The notes below the pieces were generated by a model, which saw only the letters and a list, made by a program, of their open reading frames with translations, searched no databases and was not told the DNA's origin. The position numbers were made by a program, and so were the translations under genes. From NCBI GenBank assembly GCA_951406725.2, contig OX597818.1, positions 110,050,001 through 110,114,000 of the forward strand: 64,000 nt of DNA. The letters are read 5' to 3'. Numbering within the stretch: position 1 is the stretch's first letter; each line of letters begins with the position of its first letter. Below, piece by piece: positions 25,494 to 39,860 of this stretch. This DNA comes from Octopus vulgaris. Taxonomy: Eukaryota.

Positions 25494-25779
25494 ATCGATC
25501 AAACTATAGGATGTTGTCATACATCGCTGATCACAATGTGCTTTGTAACATTTTAGCTTGGGAATGATGCCACCTCGTTGGCAAGGTGAGTACAGGTCAA
25601 CATTTCCTCTGATCGGAAGTTTAGACCTTTGCAGTGTTCTTTGTTCACTGCTGACTGGACTGGAACCAAGTGAAAAGAAGTGTTTTGCTCAAGAGCACAA
25701 CGTGCATCCGGTCCGGGATCGAAATCATGATCCCACGTTCGCGAGTGCAATACCCTAACGACAAGGCCACGCGCCTTCA
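25487..25779 (-). mobile_element. tRNA/CORE-type SINE family E
   Basis: Head tgaaggcgcgtggcct...tttcgatcccgg, CORE-like gttgtgctcttgagcaaaacactt; related copy at 54395-54655. Confidence 0.75.
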
Positions 25780-26954
25780 TACACACATACACGCAAACAC
25801 ACGCACACGTGTATGTGTTGACATTTATATAAACAACATTTACCAATAAAGCAACTTTTCAACTACTATTATTTATGTATCTATTGGAGTTAGTATTATT
25901 AACATTTCTAGATGACTTCGGAAGTCATTTGACACCGACCATCTCATCGTTCACCTCCTTGAATCTACCATTATATCTATCAGATCGAAAAACATGGTCA
26001 CTCGAGTTGATTGCATCGGATTTTATCTCCTAAAACGTGTGTTAGAAGTCGGCGTTATTTGATATCACATTCTTACTCTATTTTGTAAGAAAGGCAAAAT
26101 ATAGAAAAATCTCTAATAGGATTAGCAACAAGCAGACAGTTTTAATAGCATCACTTACGCCAGTCAATCTACTCTATGTATGTTATCAACAACTAAGCAT
26201 GGATCTTTTAACTTCTTCTTAAAGACATTTCCTACGAACATCACTCTTGTTTAAATACTTAAGAAATGAAATACAAAGAAGATTGGGTTTCCGCTATTTT
26301 CCGCTCCCAGCGGACGGAAACCGCATCACTTCATTCATGTAGCTAATGTATTTTATTTAGACTTGCATGAACATCACTACTTCTTTCTAAGACTTTTATT
26401 TCATAAGATCACAGTTTTGATGCTTGTGCACAATAAATGAATAAAAAAATAAATAGTTCACATTAACCAATAACATGTTTCGATCCCAGTTGAGTTTCCG
26501 TTCCAATTTGGCATTTATTGTCATCAGATATCTTTCGTCTCTGCTGAGCTAATAAAATATCCTAAATACGACACAGAGGAGTCTAGCCTCCAAAGGACCG
26601 TTTTGTTGTTTACTTCAAATCAGCCCTGATATAGTCGATATCGATCAGTTTAAAGCCATGAGTCATGCATTCATAGTACCACCTCATCTAATGTGACCCC
26701 GCACTTATTAAGATGGCAGACTTGAGAGATATTTGACTGCTTTTTGCAGCAGATCTGGGTAGAGAAGAAAGGCTCTCAGCTTCAGGCCAGTTCCATTTAA
26801 GTATGTGTCAATGGTTCTACTGTTTTATTAGACTTGGAGTTTAAAGAAAAAATGATGCGTTCACGCAAGTTATGTTTTAAGTCAACTTGTATTAAGTTAG
26901 AATTGAAAACAGAGATCACTCCCGACTCATTAGGGGCTGATCATTGCTTTATGG

Positions 26955-27011
<57 letters not shown>

Positions 27012-27022
27012 GTCTCTCTGCC

Positions 27023-27085
<63 letters not shown>

Positions 27086-27114
27086 GAGTATGTCTATGTG
27101 TGTGCGTGTATATA

Positions 27115-28391
27115 TTAGGTTGTTCCGAAAATAATGGCCAATTTCAGAAACATAATTTTATTCTGGAAAAATTAACAATAGAAATGTTTTGATTAGTCAA
27201 AGTATGAGCCGTGAACATGAATGAATCTCTGCCATCGATATAACGAGATTATTTATGTCGCGGTGATAAAAAACTTATTGGCTTTGATGCTAAGAAATCT
27301 TTGAAAGCTGATTCCACCTCTGGTTTGGACCTGAAAGTTTTATCACTTAATAGCGTGTTTAAATGCTTTAAAAAACACTGTAGTCAGTGGGTGAAAGATT
27401 AGAAAAATATGGAGGATGTGATAAAGTGTCGTATCCCAAGTCTGTGAGTTTCTGTAGCGTCATTCTTACAACATGTGGCCTTGCTTTATCGTGGAGCAGA
27501 ATTAGGCCACGCCGATTCATCAATGCAGATCTCATTTTTTGGGCAAGTGAGTATGCATTTCAGCGAGTTGATTGCAGTGAACCTCTGCTGTAATGCTCTG
27601 ATTGACTTCCAGAAAGCTGTAATGGACAACCCCTCTTGCAGATCACCAGACAGTCACCATAATCTTTTGCTGATGCAACGTTCGCTTTGGGAAATGTTTG
27701 GGAAACTCATCACGGTCAAGCCATTGGCATGGTCGTTTACGGTTATCACAAAGGATCTACTTTTCGTCACAAGCGAGTATTCGGTCAAGAAAAGGATCAT
27801 TAGTGTTTCGCAGAAAGAGCATCGAACACACTTCAAAACGTCGAACTTTTTTATTTTCATTGAGCTCATGCGGTACCCATTTATCGAGCTTTTTCACCTT
27901 ACCAATCTTCTGCAGATTGCATAGGACCGTTGTAATATGAACACCAAATGCCTGAGACATTTCTCTGACACTTTGACATGGGTTTTGTTCAACAATTGCT
28001 TTCAATTGTTCAGTGTCAAGCCTGCACGACCGTCCTCTACCATCTTCATCTTCACAACTACGGAAACTCTGAAATCGCCTTCATACTGTGCGATCACTTG
28101 TGGACCCCTCTCCCCATGCTCTGTTGATATTGACAACAATTTGGGAGACATTGTGCCCAAGCTTGAACTTATACAAGAAAAGTAAGCGAAGGTCCTGTTT
28201 TGTCATGTTCATAATTAAGGGTGCCTATGCTTCAAGAATGTTTTCTGTCTGAAATAAGTGGAAAATTATTAAAGAGCATACATCAATTATTAAGTATGTC
28301 GAAATTCACCGAAATGTAATTAAAATACTATGATAAAATTACGTTTCAAAACACAACACTTAGAACGGCCATTATTTTCGGAACAACCTAA
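27115..28391 (-). mobile_element. mariner transposon, TIR to TIR, with pseudogenised transposase
   Basis: 25-bp perfect TIRs ttaggttgttccgaaaataatggcc (27115-27139 / 28367-28391) flanked by TA. WVPHEL and ILACDEK motifs, decayed YSPDL region (PYFSNLSPTDY). 1277 bp. Confidence 0.95.
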
Positions 28392-28402
28392 TATATGCAC
28401 AC

Positions 28403-28461
<59 letters not shown>

Positions 28462-28626
28462 CAGAACATTCATACACGTATTCATACATACATATACACA
28501 CACATATTCATATACATATTCATATATAAATATGTGAGTGTGTGTGTGTAGACACTGAAATATGTATTCATGCAAGCGTATATCTATAATTGAATGTAGT
28601 AGAGATACATACATATATATAGATGC

Positions 28627-28676
<50 letters not shown>

Positions 28677-28740
28677 TATATATATATATTCACACGTATG
28701 TATGTACACACACACGCACACATACATATATACATATATA

Positions 28741-28797
<57 letters not shown>

Positions 28798-28888
28798 GTA
28801 TGTGTATGTGTGTGTGTGTGTATATGTATATGTGTCAAGGAAAAGAAACACTTGTTTTCTGAAGCATTAATTTTAATAATATTTTTAC

Positions 28889-28969
28889 CTGTTGTTGCTC
28901 GTTTAGTTCTTGGTTGTCTGACGAGGCTGGAGCCGCCCCGGTGTGAAGCTTGCGACTAAGCTTCATGAT
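28889..28969 (-). CDS. coding exon, 81 nt, phase 0/0 ([27 protein letters not shown]); may contain the start ATG
   Basis: Acceptor ttaatttttctatttacag and donor cag|gtaaaa; GC-richer island, open frame, joins 18731-18907 in frame. Confidence 0.65.
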
Positions 28970-29952
28970 CTGTAAATAGAAAAATTAACCAAAAATATGA
29001 CGAAACCAAAATAATATTTGTTATGTTAAAACGTACAATATAAACCATTAAGATTATATAAATATTTATATTTCAAAATTCTAGGCAGAAACTGTTCCTA
29101 TATTACGAATTTCGAACCGTAGTATTCCGCATTGAATTTTTATGCCTGATATGTCTATCATTTAATTTTACTTTGGAAGGGTCTGACTTGAAGGAGATTT
29201 GGTCGCTACTATCAGAAATGCCAACATCTGCGTAAAGGTAACTTGTCGTTTACGAAAGAATTTATATTTCCGGTTGAATCGACATTTTTTCAGTGACGTC
29301 ACACGAATAATATCCACGGAAAGTAAGTATTATTTCATACATTCGGTGTTAGGCTTTACAAATTTGAAAGATGGTATCTAAGTAATCCTTATTAATATAT
29401 ATTTAATGCGAGCTATGTATCAAAGATTTTAAAACTCGCGCCTAACAATTAATTTTACTAAAGCCAATAGTACTCCCCATTTCATTCTCACGCGAAAGCA
29501 GGATCGTACGATTGTGTTTATCTTATATGATTATATTTTGTGGATCAAATGCAAATATCAGTTTGGTGCCAAGTGCGAATAAGAGCACAAAAAACTGCGA
29601 TAGGAAAAGGGTGTGGAAGGAAAGGATATCGCCGTCGTACGGATTAACAAAGGATGCGTTCAGATCTTAGGAAAAGAGGCCTGTCCGAAAAGTATATTGC
29701 AGTCTTCAGCCAATGTGAATATACGCATCAATAAGCATGCGAATTCCTTCAGAAGGAGTGGGGTGGAATGACAAAGGATGCGTATCCCAGAATCCTAAAG
29801 CGAGTTCAGGAGTGAACAACCGATAAGGATTGGAAATGGAAAGCAGAATGGCGGTTGCTTTTGATAGGGCCCTATGGAGGAGGTGATTGAGGACTTTACC
29901 TCCTCGACCCTCAGAGGAATAGTGTGAGAAGAAGATGAATGGAGAGAGGGAT

Positions 29953-30292
29953 TTCTTTTATTCTTTTACTTGTTTCAGTCATTTGACTGCAGCCATGCTG
30001 GAATATCGCCTTTTAGTCGAAGAAAGCGACCCTTGGACTTATTCTTTATAATCCTGGTACTTATTCTATCGGCCTCTTTGCTGAATCATTAAGTTATGAG
30101 GACGCAAACACACCAACATCGGTTGTCAAGCGAGGGGGGGGGGGGCGAACAAACGCAGACACAAAGACACACTTAAATTTACATATATATATATGTATGT
30201 ACAACGGGCTTCTTTCAGTTTCCATCTACCAAATCCAATAACAAGGCCTTGGTTGATCAAGGCTATAATAGAAGACACTTTCCCAAGGTGTC
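29953..30292 (-). mobile_element. SINE family A, 5'-truncated
   Basis: ttcttttacttgtttcagtcatttgactgc...ttctttcagtttcc...gaagacactt. Confidence 0.85.
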
Positions 30293-30520
30293 ACATACAC
30301 ACACACTCTCTCTCTTTCTCTCGTTTAACATGCACACACAGTCACACACACACGCACACATATATTTAAATATATGTACATATATATATATATACATATA
30401 TGCATATATATATATATATATATATAAATAAACATATATATGTATGTATATATATATATATATATATACATACATATATGCATATATTTATATATATATA
30501 TATGCATATATTTATATATA

Positions 30521-30574
<54 letters not shown>

Positions 30575-30832
30575 TACATACATACATACATACATACATA
30601 CATACATACATACATACATACATACATACATACATACAGTATATGCATATATAATCGAGAGGTACAGATTTCTGTGTGGGTGTATATGGTAGGTGCGTGT
30701 GCACACATTTGTCGATGCACTCAAACATACATGCGTATATATCATCTATGAAATGCGTTTATACTAAATGCTACTTAGAGTTTCTTTGATGAAATTAGAA
30801 CGTTTTCTTTATGATATCATTTGATCTTTTAT

Positions 30833-30868
<36 letters not shown>

Positions 30869-31139
30869 GTTGTGTGTGTGAGAGATAAAGGAAGAAATAT
30901 ATCAGTAAGAAATTACTTCCGCCCCAGCTGGATCAATACATCAATTTGTACTGATTCAATTTTCATTAAATCGAAATGGACTCGAATTTTCTCTTTTTTT
31001 TTGTTTTTGTGGAGTCATTTGTAAGACATACCGTCGAGTGTCGCCTTTGATGTGTTAGGAATCTCTAAGCAAACGCGACTAGTAATTTGAATAACAACGA
31101 CAACGGAAGTGCTTCATTTCATGAAAGTAAATCTTTTCT

Positions 31140-31531
31140 ACTGAAGGCACAAGGCCTGAAATTTTGGGAGAGGGTACTAGTCTATTACATCGACCCCAGT
31201 ATTCATCTGGTACTTAATTTATCGACCCCGAAAGGATAAAAGGCAAAGTCGTCCTCAGCTGAGTTTGAACTCAGAATGTAGCGGTGGACGAAATACCTAT
31301 TTCTTTACTACTCACAAGGGGCTAAACACAGAGAGGACAAGCAAGGACAGACAAACGGATTAAGTCGATTATATCGACCCCAGTGCATAACTGGTACTTA
31401 TTTAATCGACCCCGAAAGGATGAAAGGCAAAGTCGACCTCGGTGGAATTTGAACTCAGAACGTAACGGCAGACGAAATACCGCTAAGCATTTTTTGCCCG
31501 GCGTGCTAAAGATTCTGCCAGCTCGCCGCCT
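31140..31531 (-). mobile_element. dimeric/nested SINE family B
   Basis: Two consecutive B bodies; ttcatgaaagtaa repeated on both flanks. Confidence 0.85.
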
Positions 31532-31588
31532 TCTTCATGAAAGTAATTAAATTTCTGAATAATATAGAACCATTATATCTGTGACTAG

Positions 31589-31752
31589 TGGAGGTACATG
31601 GCCTAGTGGTTAGAGCAGCGGACTCGCGGTCGAGGGATCGCGAGTTCGAATCGTAGAGCGGGCGATGTGTGTGTTTATGAACGAAACACCTAAGCTCCAC
31701 GCGGCTCCGGCAGAAGTAATGGCAAACTTCTACTGACTATTTCGCCATAACT
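31589..31752 (+). mobile_element. SINE family C head
   Basis: ggaggtacatggcctagtggttagagcagcggactcgcgg...gagttcgaatc. Confidence 0.8.
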
Positions 31753-32263
31753 GGAAAGGCTTTGCTTATCGATCACAATGGTGAAACAACAGCAACAACA
31801 AAAGCAAAATGCTTTGTTCCAATAGCAACGAGAAAGATATGAAGTCTAAGGGAAGAATAAAAACAAAATCGATGTAGCAGCAGCAGCAGCAATGTAATTA
31901 ATTATTTCTTTTGATTAAATATAAGGCGATTTGTAGAGCATTCGATCTAATGAGCTTCATGTGTGTGTGTATGTGAATATATATAATTTATATGTCAGTG
32001 CATATGTCTACAATTATGTGCTTTAACTACAGCATTAGAGTTTTTTAGCACTTATTTCTAGCAATGTCGGTGTTCCAACACCTTGGTCATATTTAGTGGC
32101 AGTTCTAGTCGTCCTTTCTGGTAAAACATTGCATACTGCTATCTGCATTAATACATATGTATGTGTGTGTGTGTGTGTGTGTATGCATATACACACACAC
32201 ACACACATACACACACACACACATACATACATACATACATACATACATACATACATACATACA

Positions 32264-32333
<70 letters not shown>

Positions 32334-32357
32334 GTGTCCAGCAGTGAGCATCCAAAC

Positions 32358-32432
32358 AAGTGGTTCCCAAATCTTTTATTTAAATAAGTTTCCCTACTGA
32401 CCCCTTTTAATATACGTATTCTTATGTGTTTG

Positions 32433-32474
<42 letters not shown>

Positions 32475-32557
32475 AAATTTTGAATTGAGTTCACGGACCC
32501 CCAGTACTACTTTTGCAGACCGCCAGGGATCCGCGGGCCTCAGGTTGGGAACCACTG
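32358..32557. mobile_element. hAT (Charlie-like) MITE with internal TA repeat
   Basis: Ends (a)agtggttcccaa / ttgggaaccactg; imperfect 8-bp TSD atccaaac/atctatac. Confidence 0.65.
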
Positions 32558-32953
32558 ATCTATACGGCCACTCGACCTGCTGGAAATATAGACTAAAGTT
32601 TTCAATTTCCATCACAGTTGTTACTTCTTGACGCCAGCTTGACATGAGTGATAACGTATAGTCTGTCTACAACATGTAGGTCCATTGTTTTGGTTCATAT
32701 TTTTTTAATAAACCATTATTTCACGTTGCTTTAGTTTACTTGCTTCCTGGAAATATGAATGAGATCATTGCGATATGCTCAATCTGACATCACACTCTTT
32801 CACCTATTATCTCGAGTTACTTTCCTATTGGGTCTGGAAGTTTGTTCTACCCACACACTGTTCTGCTGAAGGCCATCGTGCACAAACATATCACAGCAGG
32901 TGACCTTTTGCATTTATCATGTCAGAGGATGACATGATAATATAATGCCTGAT

Positions 32954-33266
<313 letters not shown>

Positions 33267-33399
33267 CATTTTGAAATGACCCCTACCCCTGGCCTTCTGA
33301 CAGACTTTGGAGTATGTAATTCGCGGAAATTCTTTCTACCATCGAATTACATTACCTTGTTCATTCGGAATGTGCCATTTATGCAGATTGATTATGAAT

Positions 33400-33448
<49 letters not shown>

Positions 33449-36421
33449 GTATATATATATATAAACAGACGAGATGGTCATGATTGTAATACCATGATTA
33501 GCGAATGTTCTTGAGGTGTCAAACACGACTAAAAACAATACCTCCGCCTTCGCTAAGGCAGATGTAATAATGTCAGCATTTGTTTCACTAGACCACTCGC
33601 AGATGAGAAGTACTGTTTAACAAAGTGACACTTGACTATTCTTATCGAACGCAGAAAGGTGACTAGCAGCGAGTACCCCCATTTGGCGACGGACGAGGAT
33701 TGCGCAGTTTCTTGCCGAACAACCACACAGATGGTTTGTTTCTAGTGATCAAATACTTGTGTTCACATAAGCTCACTCTCTCCATTAAATGGACATTACC
33801 TGTACAGGTGCACGAGCGTACCACACGTCAGCTGTTGCAACGTGAAAGGAAGTGTTTTGCTCAAGAGCACAATGTAATGCCCGGTCAGGGAAACAAAACC
33901 ACGATTTCACGGTTGTGAGTTAGGGTTGGGGATCATCAGAAGAACAAATGGAATGTGCCAACATTCATGGATATATTTAGGGCTTTAGCTAAATTCCTGA
34001 AGTTTCTTAATGAAGCAACATTGTACTTTCGGCTCACCGGGAACTCTCTTTATGATACGCTTAATAACAAATATTAATTTTTAACTTTTGTAACAGCCTA
34101 GATTTAAAGGTCTGTGTATTAGCTGTGCATTGTAGATTACTGGTATTTTTTTTATCTACCACTGAATGGATAAACTCTGAAAGTTGGTTCCAAAGCTAAC
34201 TAGCATAAGACAATTGGTTCGGTTGTTGACAGTGTTTGTCACTCAGTTAACATTCTAGTAAGAAACAAACATTAAAAGACAAAACACATAAAGTAATGAA
34301 TTCTAAATAATTCTCGTGAGACATTTTCTTACCAGAATGATATTCTCTCGTTGAACTTTCTGAACAGAATTTTTTTTCAACTTCAAATGTGCAGAAATAT
34401 AACAGATATAGAAAATGCGCAGATTATTATCGAACAGAATATATAGTTTTGCAGGTGTGTTTATATTCGGGTTAACACTTCTGTGAAAAGAATTATATTT
34501 TTCTTCAGTTCATTATATATTCGCTGAAAACTTCATTGCACAAAATATCGCAGTTCATTCTGTAACTTTCCAGGAAAACATCTATAATAAGCTTGCAAGA
34601 ATATGGAGCATTTTCTTGCAAAAGGCCACCTGGTTCGATATACCTGTGCACGATGAGCTTAATAGAACAGCATGCGATTAGAACTTTTGGACCAATAGGA
34701 AAGTGGCAGCAGATAATAAGCTTAGTGGTGGGATGGGAGGGTGGGCGTTTATAGATGATCTCGTTCATATTTCCAAAGTGCAGTAACGTAAAATAAATCA
34801 TTCACTAAAACAAAAAAGGCAAACAAAAAAGGAATAAAACCAATGAATTGCCTTGCTCTCGACAGAAAATGCATCATTAATGTCTAGGCCTCTAAGAAGT
34901 GATAACTGATAAAAATTGATGGGGATTCCAAGGAGAGAGAATCACGAAGTCAGGAGCTAGTAAAGGATTTTTAGATTTTTCCTTCTATTGAAATAATTCA
35001 TTGCAATTAGTCAAATGAACACCATCTTAAAGTTTCAGAAAAAGTATTCTCTTGCTAGCTTGTACAGGGTTAAGCCTGACATAATCAATATTATACAATG
35101 CCAAGTCACGTTTTCATGCTGCTTTTCCTTCTTTCTTTCATGCGATAACGTTATAGGAGTGTAGGGGAAAGCATTAGCTCTGCTGAGAGGGGTGAAAGTG
35201 AAAGAAAGAATTTAAAGAATTTATGGATTCGACGAATAGATAGATAGGTAGGAGATTGACAGAGTGTGGGTGAGAAAGATAGAAAGAAAGAGCTAACAAT
35301 CAGTCATGGAACGAGACAGAGAGTTAGACGAGCAGACGATAGAACGAGTAAGAGGAGGAAATAGTGTAAGGGAAGAGAAGAGTGGTGACAAAAAAATGAG
35401 CTCTAGAAATGTAGGGGAATCAGAAAGGCAACGGAATAAAATAACAGACAATATAGATAATGAGTGACTAATAGAAAAGAATAAAGAGGTAAATAGAGGA
35501 ACATTAACGGATGATATCAAAGTCTGTACAGGAAAGAAGAGGTTGAATAAGAAGGAAGCGGTGGAGGTAAATTTTGACAGAGATGAAAAAGGAAGAGAAT
35601 TATAACATATAAAAAGATATGAAGAAAATAAATGATGAAGCAAATACGTCATAGATTAAGGGAGAAGATGGTAAAAGAAGGGGTAAAGAGGTAACTCAAA
35701 GATATAACAAAGGATTTCGATATAAAAGAAAAAAAACAAAGACTTGGATCGTGCTAATGTAGCGTAATGACATAACGCATAATCTGATTGTGATATTTTC
35801 TTACTACGAATTCATTCTATCTACCGTTTAATATATAAGTTTGAAAAGAAGATGAAGATAGAGTAGGAGTCTAAATAAACTTATCTATTCTAATGAAAGT
35901 TTATGCATTGATTTAATATTATATTCATCAACATGAACTCATGACATAAATATATATATTTGATTTCCTCTTATCTTCAAATTGTGGGTTTTCTTTTGGG
36001 TAACTCTTGTAGTTAACAGAACAGTTCCCCCGCCTCTTCAGAAACAGTAATATAAAAAAAACAACATAATAAGCGAAACAATACTAATGAGGTAAACTAT
36101 TGTCAGTCTCTTGAAACAAATAAAAAAAAACCCCACATCAACAAACTATACAACATAAACATATAGATACATAACAACGACTGTTATATGCAGTGGTATG
36201 GAATTAGGTAAACTTTCAGCCGTTGGCTGCTGAAATACAGCTCAGCTAACAATCAATAACAAATTACGCTTAGGAACACTGACAACTATACATACATACA
36301 TACATACATACATACATACATACATACATACATACATACATACATACATACATACATACGTGTGTATGTTTATGAACACATCACATATATATATGCATAT
36401 ATATATATATTTGTATATATT

Positions 36422-36465
<44 letters not shown>

Positions 36466-36466
36466 C

Positions 36467-36550
<84 letters not shown>

Positions 36551-36773
36551 GCATAACTCGACAAATTTGAAGCAGATATGCTTCATATGGTTAGGAGCAT
36601 CAATATTCTCCAAATATAAATTCCCCTTTCGAAAACAAATTTAACAAACCATAAGACTGTACCTATATCTTTTTCCTCATAAATGTCCTGAAAACTCCTC
36701 ACAGCCTTGGCTTTGTTATCTCATTTTGACTAATATACATATATATATATTTATATTATATTATATTAAATTA

Positions 36774-36843
<70 letters not shown>

Positions 36844-36849
36844 ACACAA

Positions 36850-37079
36850 ACATATTGTGTCTGTAAAGTCACGGTTGGGTTTCAAAGTTATTTGTTGATG
36901 CAACTTGCAACGCAAGTTACATCAACAAATTACATCTTCATGTTGAATAAGAGAGCAGCTACTAAAGCTTATGTACAGTTCAATGTAGTTCGATGTGGCT
37001 TCCATTTGCTACCCTACATCCATCTAATCGATACTTTAGTTGGTTGAGTAAAGAAATGACTTTGCGGACACACTGTGTA
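36850..37079. mobile_element. Tc1/mariner-type MITE
   Basis: Imperfect TIRs tgtgtctgtaaagtca / tgactttgcggacaca. Confidence 0.55.
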
Positions 37080-37097
37080 TGCACATTATACATACAC

Positions 37098-37266
37098 AGG
37101 CGCAGCGGGCGTGGTTGCGTGGTAAAAAGCTTGCTTCCCGACCACATTGTCCCGGCTTCAGTCTCGTAAGGTGGTACCTTGCATAAATGTCTTCTACTAT
37201 AGCCTCTCCTCGAACAAAGCCTTGCAAGTGGATGTGGTAGACGGAAACTGAAAGAAGCCCGTCGTA
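37098..37266 (+). mobile_element. SINE family A head, followed by another repeat family (37297-37780)
   Basis: ggcgcagcgggcgtggttgcgtggtaa...ggtagacggaaactgaaagaagcccgtcg. Confidence 0.8.
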
Positions 37267-37851
37267 TATTATCATCATCATCATCATCATCATCACCATC
37301 ATTGTTTAACATCTGCTTTCCATGCTGGCATGAGTTGGATGGTTTGGCAGGAGCTGCCAAAGCAGAAGACTGCACCATACTTCTGTGTCTGTTTTGGCAT
37401 GGTTTTTACAGCTGTGCAGAGTGGACTGAATGCTTTCTATGTGGCAGCAGCACAGGTTTTGACATGGTTTTAGTTTGGTAACCACAAAGGTATTATTTTC
37501 AAAGCTGTGCTCCAGCTAGCTTGTTTATAATTGGGACGGTTACTTGGTAGAATCAGTATTGGCAGCTGGATGCCCTTCATAACACCAACCACTCAGAGTG
37601 GACTGAGTGCTTTTTACGTGGCACAAGCAGAGGCGAGGTCAGCTTTGGTAAGGGTTTTACAGCTGGATGCTCTTCCGAACACTAACCACTGTACAGTGTG
37701 GACTGGGTGCTTTTTAAGTGGCACCAGCACTTGCAGGGTCACCAACTAACTTGCAAGACAAAGGACCTTTGAGAAGAAAAGGGACATTAGGACAGAAACA
37801 CGTGTGCTGCTGTTCAAGAGATACATGGTTTCCCAGGCAGAGGGAAAAGCA

Positions 37852-37917
<66 letters not shown>

Positions 37918-37929
37918 TGAAAGACAGTA

Positions 37930-37996
37930 ACTTGGATCTAAGTTAGAAACTGGTTCTTTCTCTATTGGCAAGAATCTTGAAATAAAACTGAACAAT
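37930..37996 (+). mobile_element. 65-nt 3'-terminal fragment of the R4/Dong-like LINE
   Basis: Near-identical to the reverse complement of 883-948. Confidence 0.75.
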
Positions 37997-38518
37997 GATA
38001 TGTGTGTGTGTGTGTCTCTGTGTGTGTGTGTATGGACGTATGTATATATATATATATGTATAGATGTCTGAATATCTTTTATGTATATACATGTATATAT
38101 GTACAGGTGAGTGAATAAATGAAAGAGATACTCAGCACATTGAGTAGGAGTTACGAATATTGTTATTCTTATTTAAGATGTTTGATTCGGCTCCATGCGA
38201 CTCAGTTTCGTCAGCTTCTTACAAAAACCTAGCTCATGGGACGTGTGAGTGTATATGTGTGTTTGTGAGTGTGTGTGTGTGTGTGTGAGTATGTGTGCGT
38301 GTCAATCAGTAATACCACACTAAACCAAACATTGAAAAGCATGTGTAAAAATATGCGAGATCAACGAGAGAAAAGTATGTAATGTGGAAAACAGACAGAA
38401 AAACTCGTGTAAAATTCAATTCGATGCAAATCCTCGCTTCTGAATGGCTGTTAACATTAGTTGACCGAACACAAATAGAAACCACATCATGTGTCAATAT
38501 CGCTATTGATGCTTTGAT

Positions 38519-38905
38519 GGAGGCGCAATGGCCCAGTGGTTAGGGCAGCGGACTCGCGGTCATAGGATTGCGGTTTCGATTCCCAGACCGGGCGTTGTGA
38601 GTGTTTATTGAGCGAAAACACCTAAAAGCTCCACGAGGCTCCGGCAGGGGATGGTGGTGATCCCTGCTGTACTCTTTCACCAAAACTTTCTCTCACTCTT
38701 ACTTCCTGTTTCTGTTGTACCTGTATTTCAAGGGGCCGGCCTTGTCACTCTCTGTGTCACGCTGAATATCCCCGAGAACTACGTTAAGGGTGCACGTGTC
38801 TGTGGAGTGCTCAGCCACTTACACGTTAATTTCACGAGCAGGCTGTTCCGTTGATTCGGATAAACCGGAACCCTCATCGTCGTAACCGACGGAGTGCTTC
38901 CTTCC
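38519..38905 (+). mobile_element. SINE family C, full length (tail variant 2), 12-bp TSD
   Basis: TSD tgatgctttgat at 38507-38518 and 38906-38917; A and B boxes present. Confidence 0.9.
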
Positions 38906-39517
38906 TGATGCTTTGATGCTGCAAATCTATAATCAGAGATGTTCAACCCATGCTTTTCTTAGATATTCTATCTAGGAATACTTCATGTGTTCGTTTTTCT
39001 AAAGCGGTAGCATATAATTTGGGGCAGACCTTACTGCTTTAGCTAGCAGATTCAAAGCGCAATGGAGAAGCTCCAGCGTGGACTTGCTGTGTTATTCGGC
39101 TTCTGCTCTTCTCCGTCACGGGATCTAGGGTTTACATTCTTCTCTGTTTCACTTCTTGTTTTTAGATAGTAACATGTAATTTAAGGGAGAAGTTGACTGC
39201 TATTTCTAGCCGTTTAATCGACCGCATAGTGTCACTTCTTCCTGCTTCGTTATCTTGTAGATTCCCTTATGTATTTCATGATGGTGGCTCACAATACTTA
39301 TATTTGAACATCTCCCCCCCCCATAGTCTCTCTTCCCCCTCTCTCTCTCTGTTAACCTTTCACTCTCCAGATATCTCTACAGAAATTACTCTCCCTGCTT
39401 ACCTCTAACTACACCTCACCTTGCTCCATTTATCTACTTCAGTCTCTCTCTGTAATTACCTGACAACTTTTCTCCTTCACTGCCTCCCCTTAACTTTCTC
39501 TCTCACTCTCTCCCTCT

Positions 39518-39860
39518 CTCCCTCTGCCCACCTGCATCCTCCTTCTTCTCTCTCCCTACCTTCCTCTGTCCACCTGCATCCTCCTCCTTCCCTCTCCCTT
39601 CCCCCCTGCCCACCTGCATCCTCTTTCTTCTCTCTCTTTTCCTCCCTCCCTCTGCGCACCTGCATCCTCCTTCTTCTCTCTCCCATTCTCCCTCTGTCCA
39701 CCTGCATCCTCCTCCTTCCCTCTCCCTTCCTCCCTCTGCCCACCTGCATCCTCCTTCTTCTCTCTCCTTTCCTCTCTCCCTCTGCCCACCTGCATCCTCC
39801 TTCTTCTCTCTCCTTTCCTCCCTCCCTCTGTCCACCTGCATCCTCCGTCTTCTCTCTTAC
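39518..39860 (+). repeat. ~32-bp polypyrimidine minisatellite (ccctctgcccacctgcatcctccttcttctctct), about 10 units
   Basis: Recurring cacctgcatcctc core at regular spacing. Confidence 0.9.

Noticed and set aside
29294-29301. CRE palindrome TGACGTCA (also near 5887 and 14834)
   Set aside because: An 8-mer with no promoter evidence; too few occurrences to interpret.
34505-34805. 98-aa ORF and alternative exon readings on both strands
   Set aside because: Several frames are equally weak and none is recognisable; left uncalled.
38519-38595. tRNA gene
   Set aside because: It is a SINE head: no complete cloverleaf, and it continues into a repeated body with a TSD. The same applies to the other A/B-box heads.
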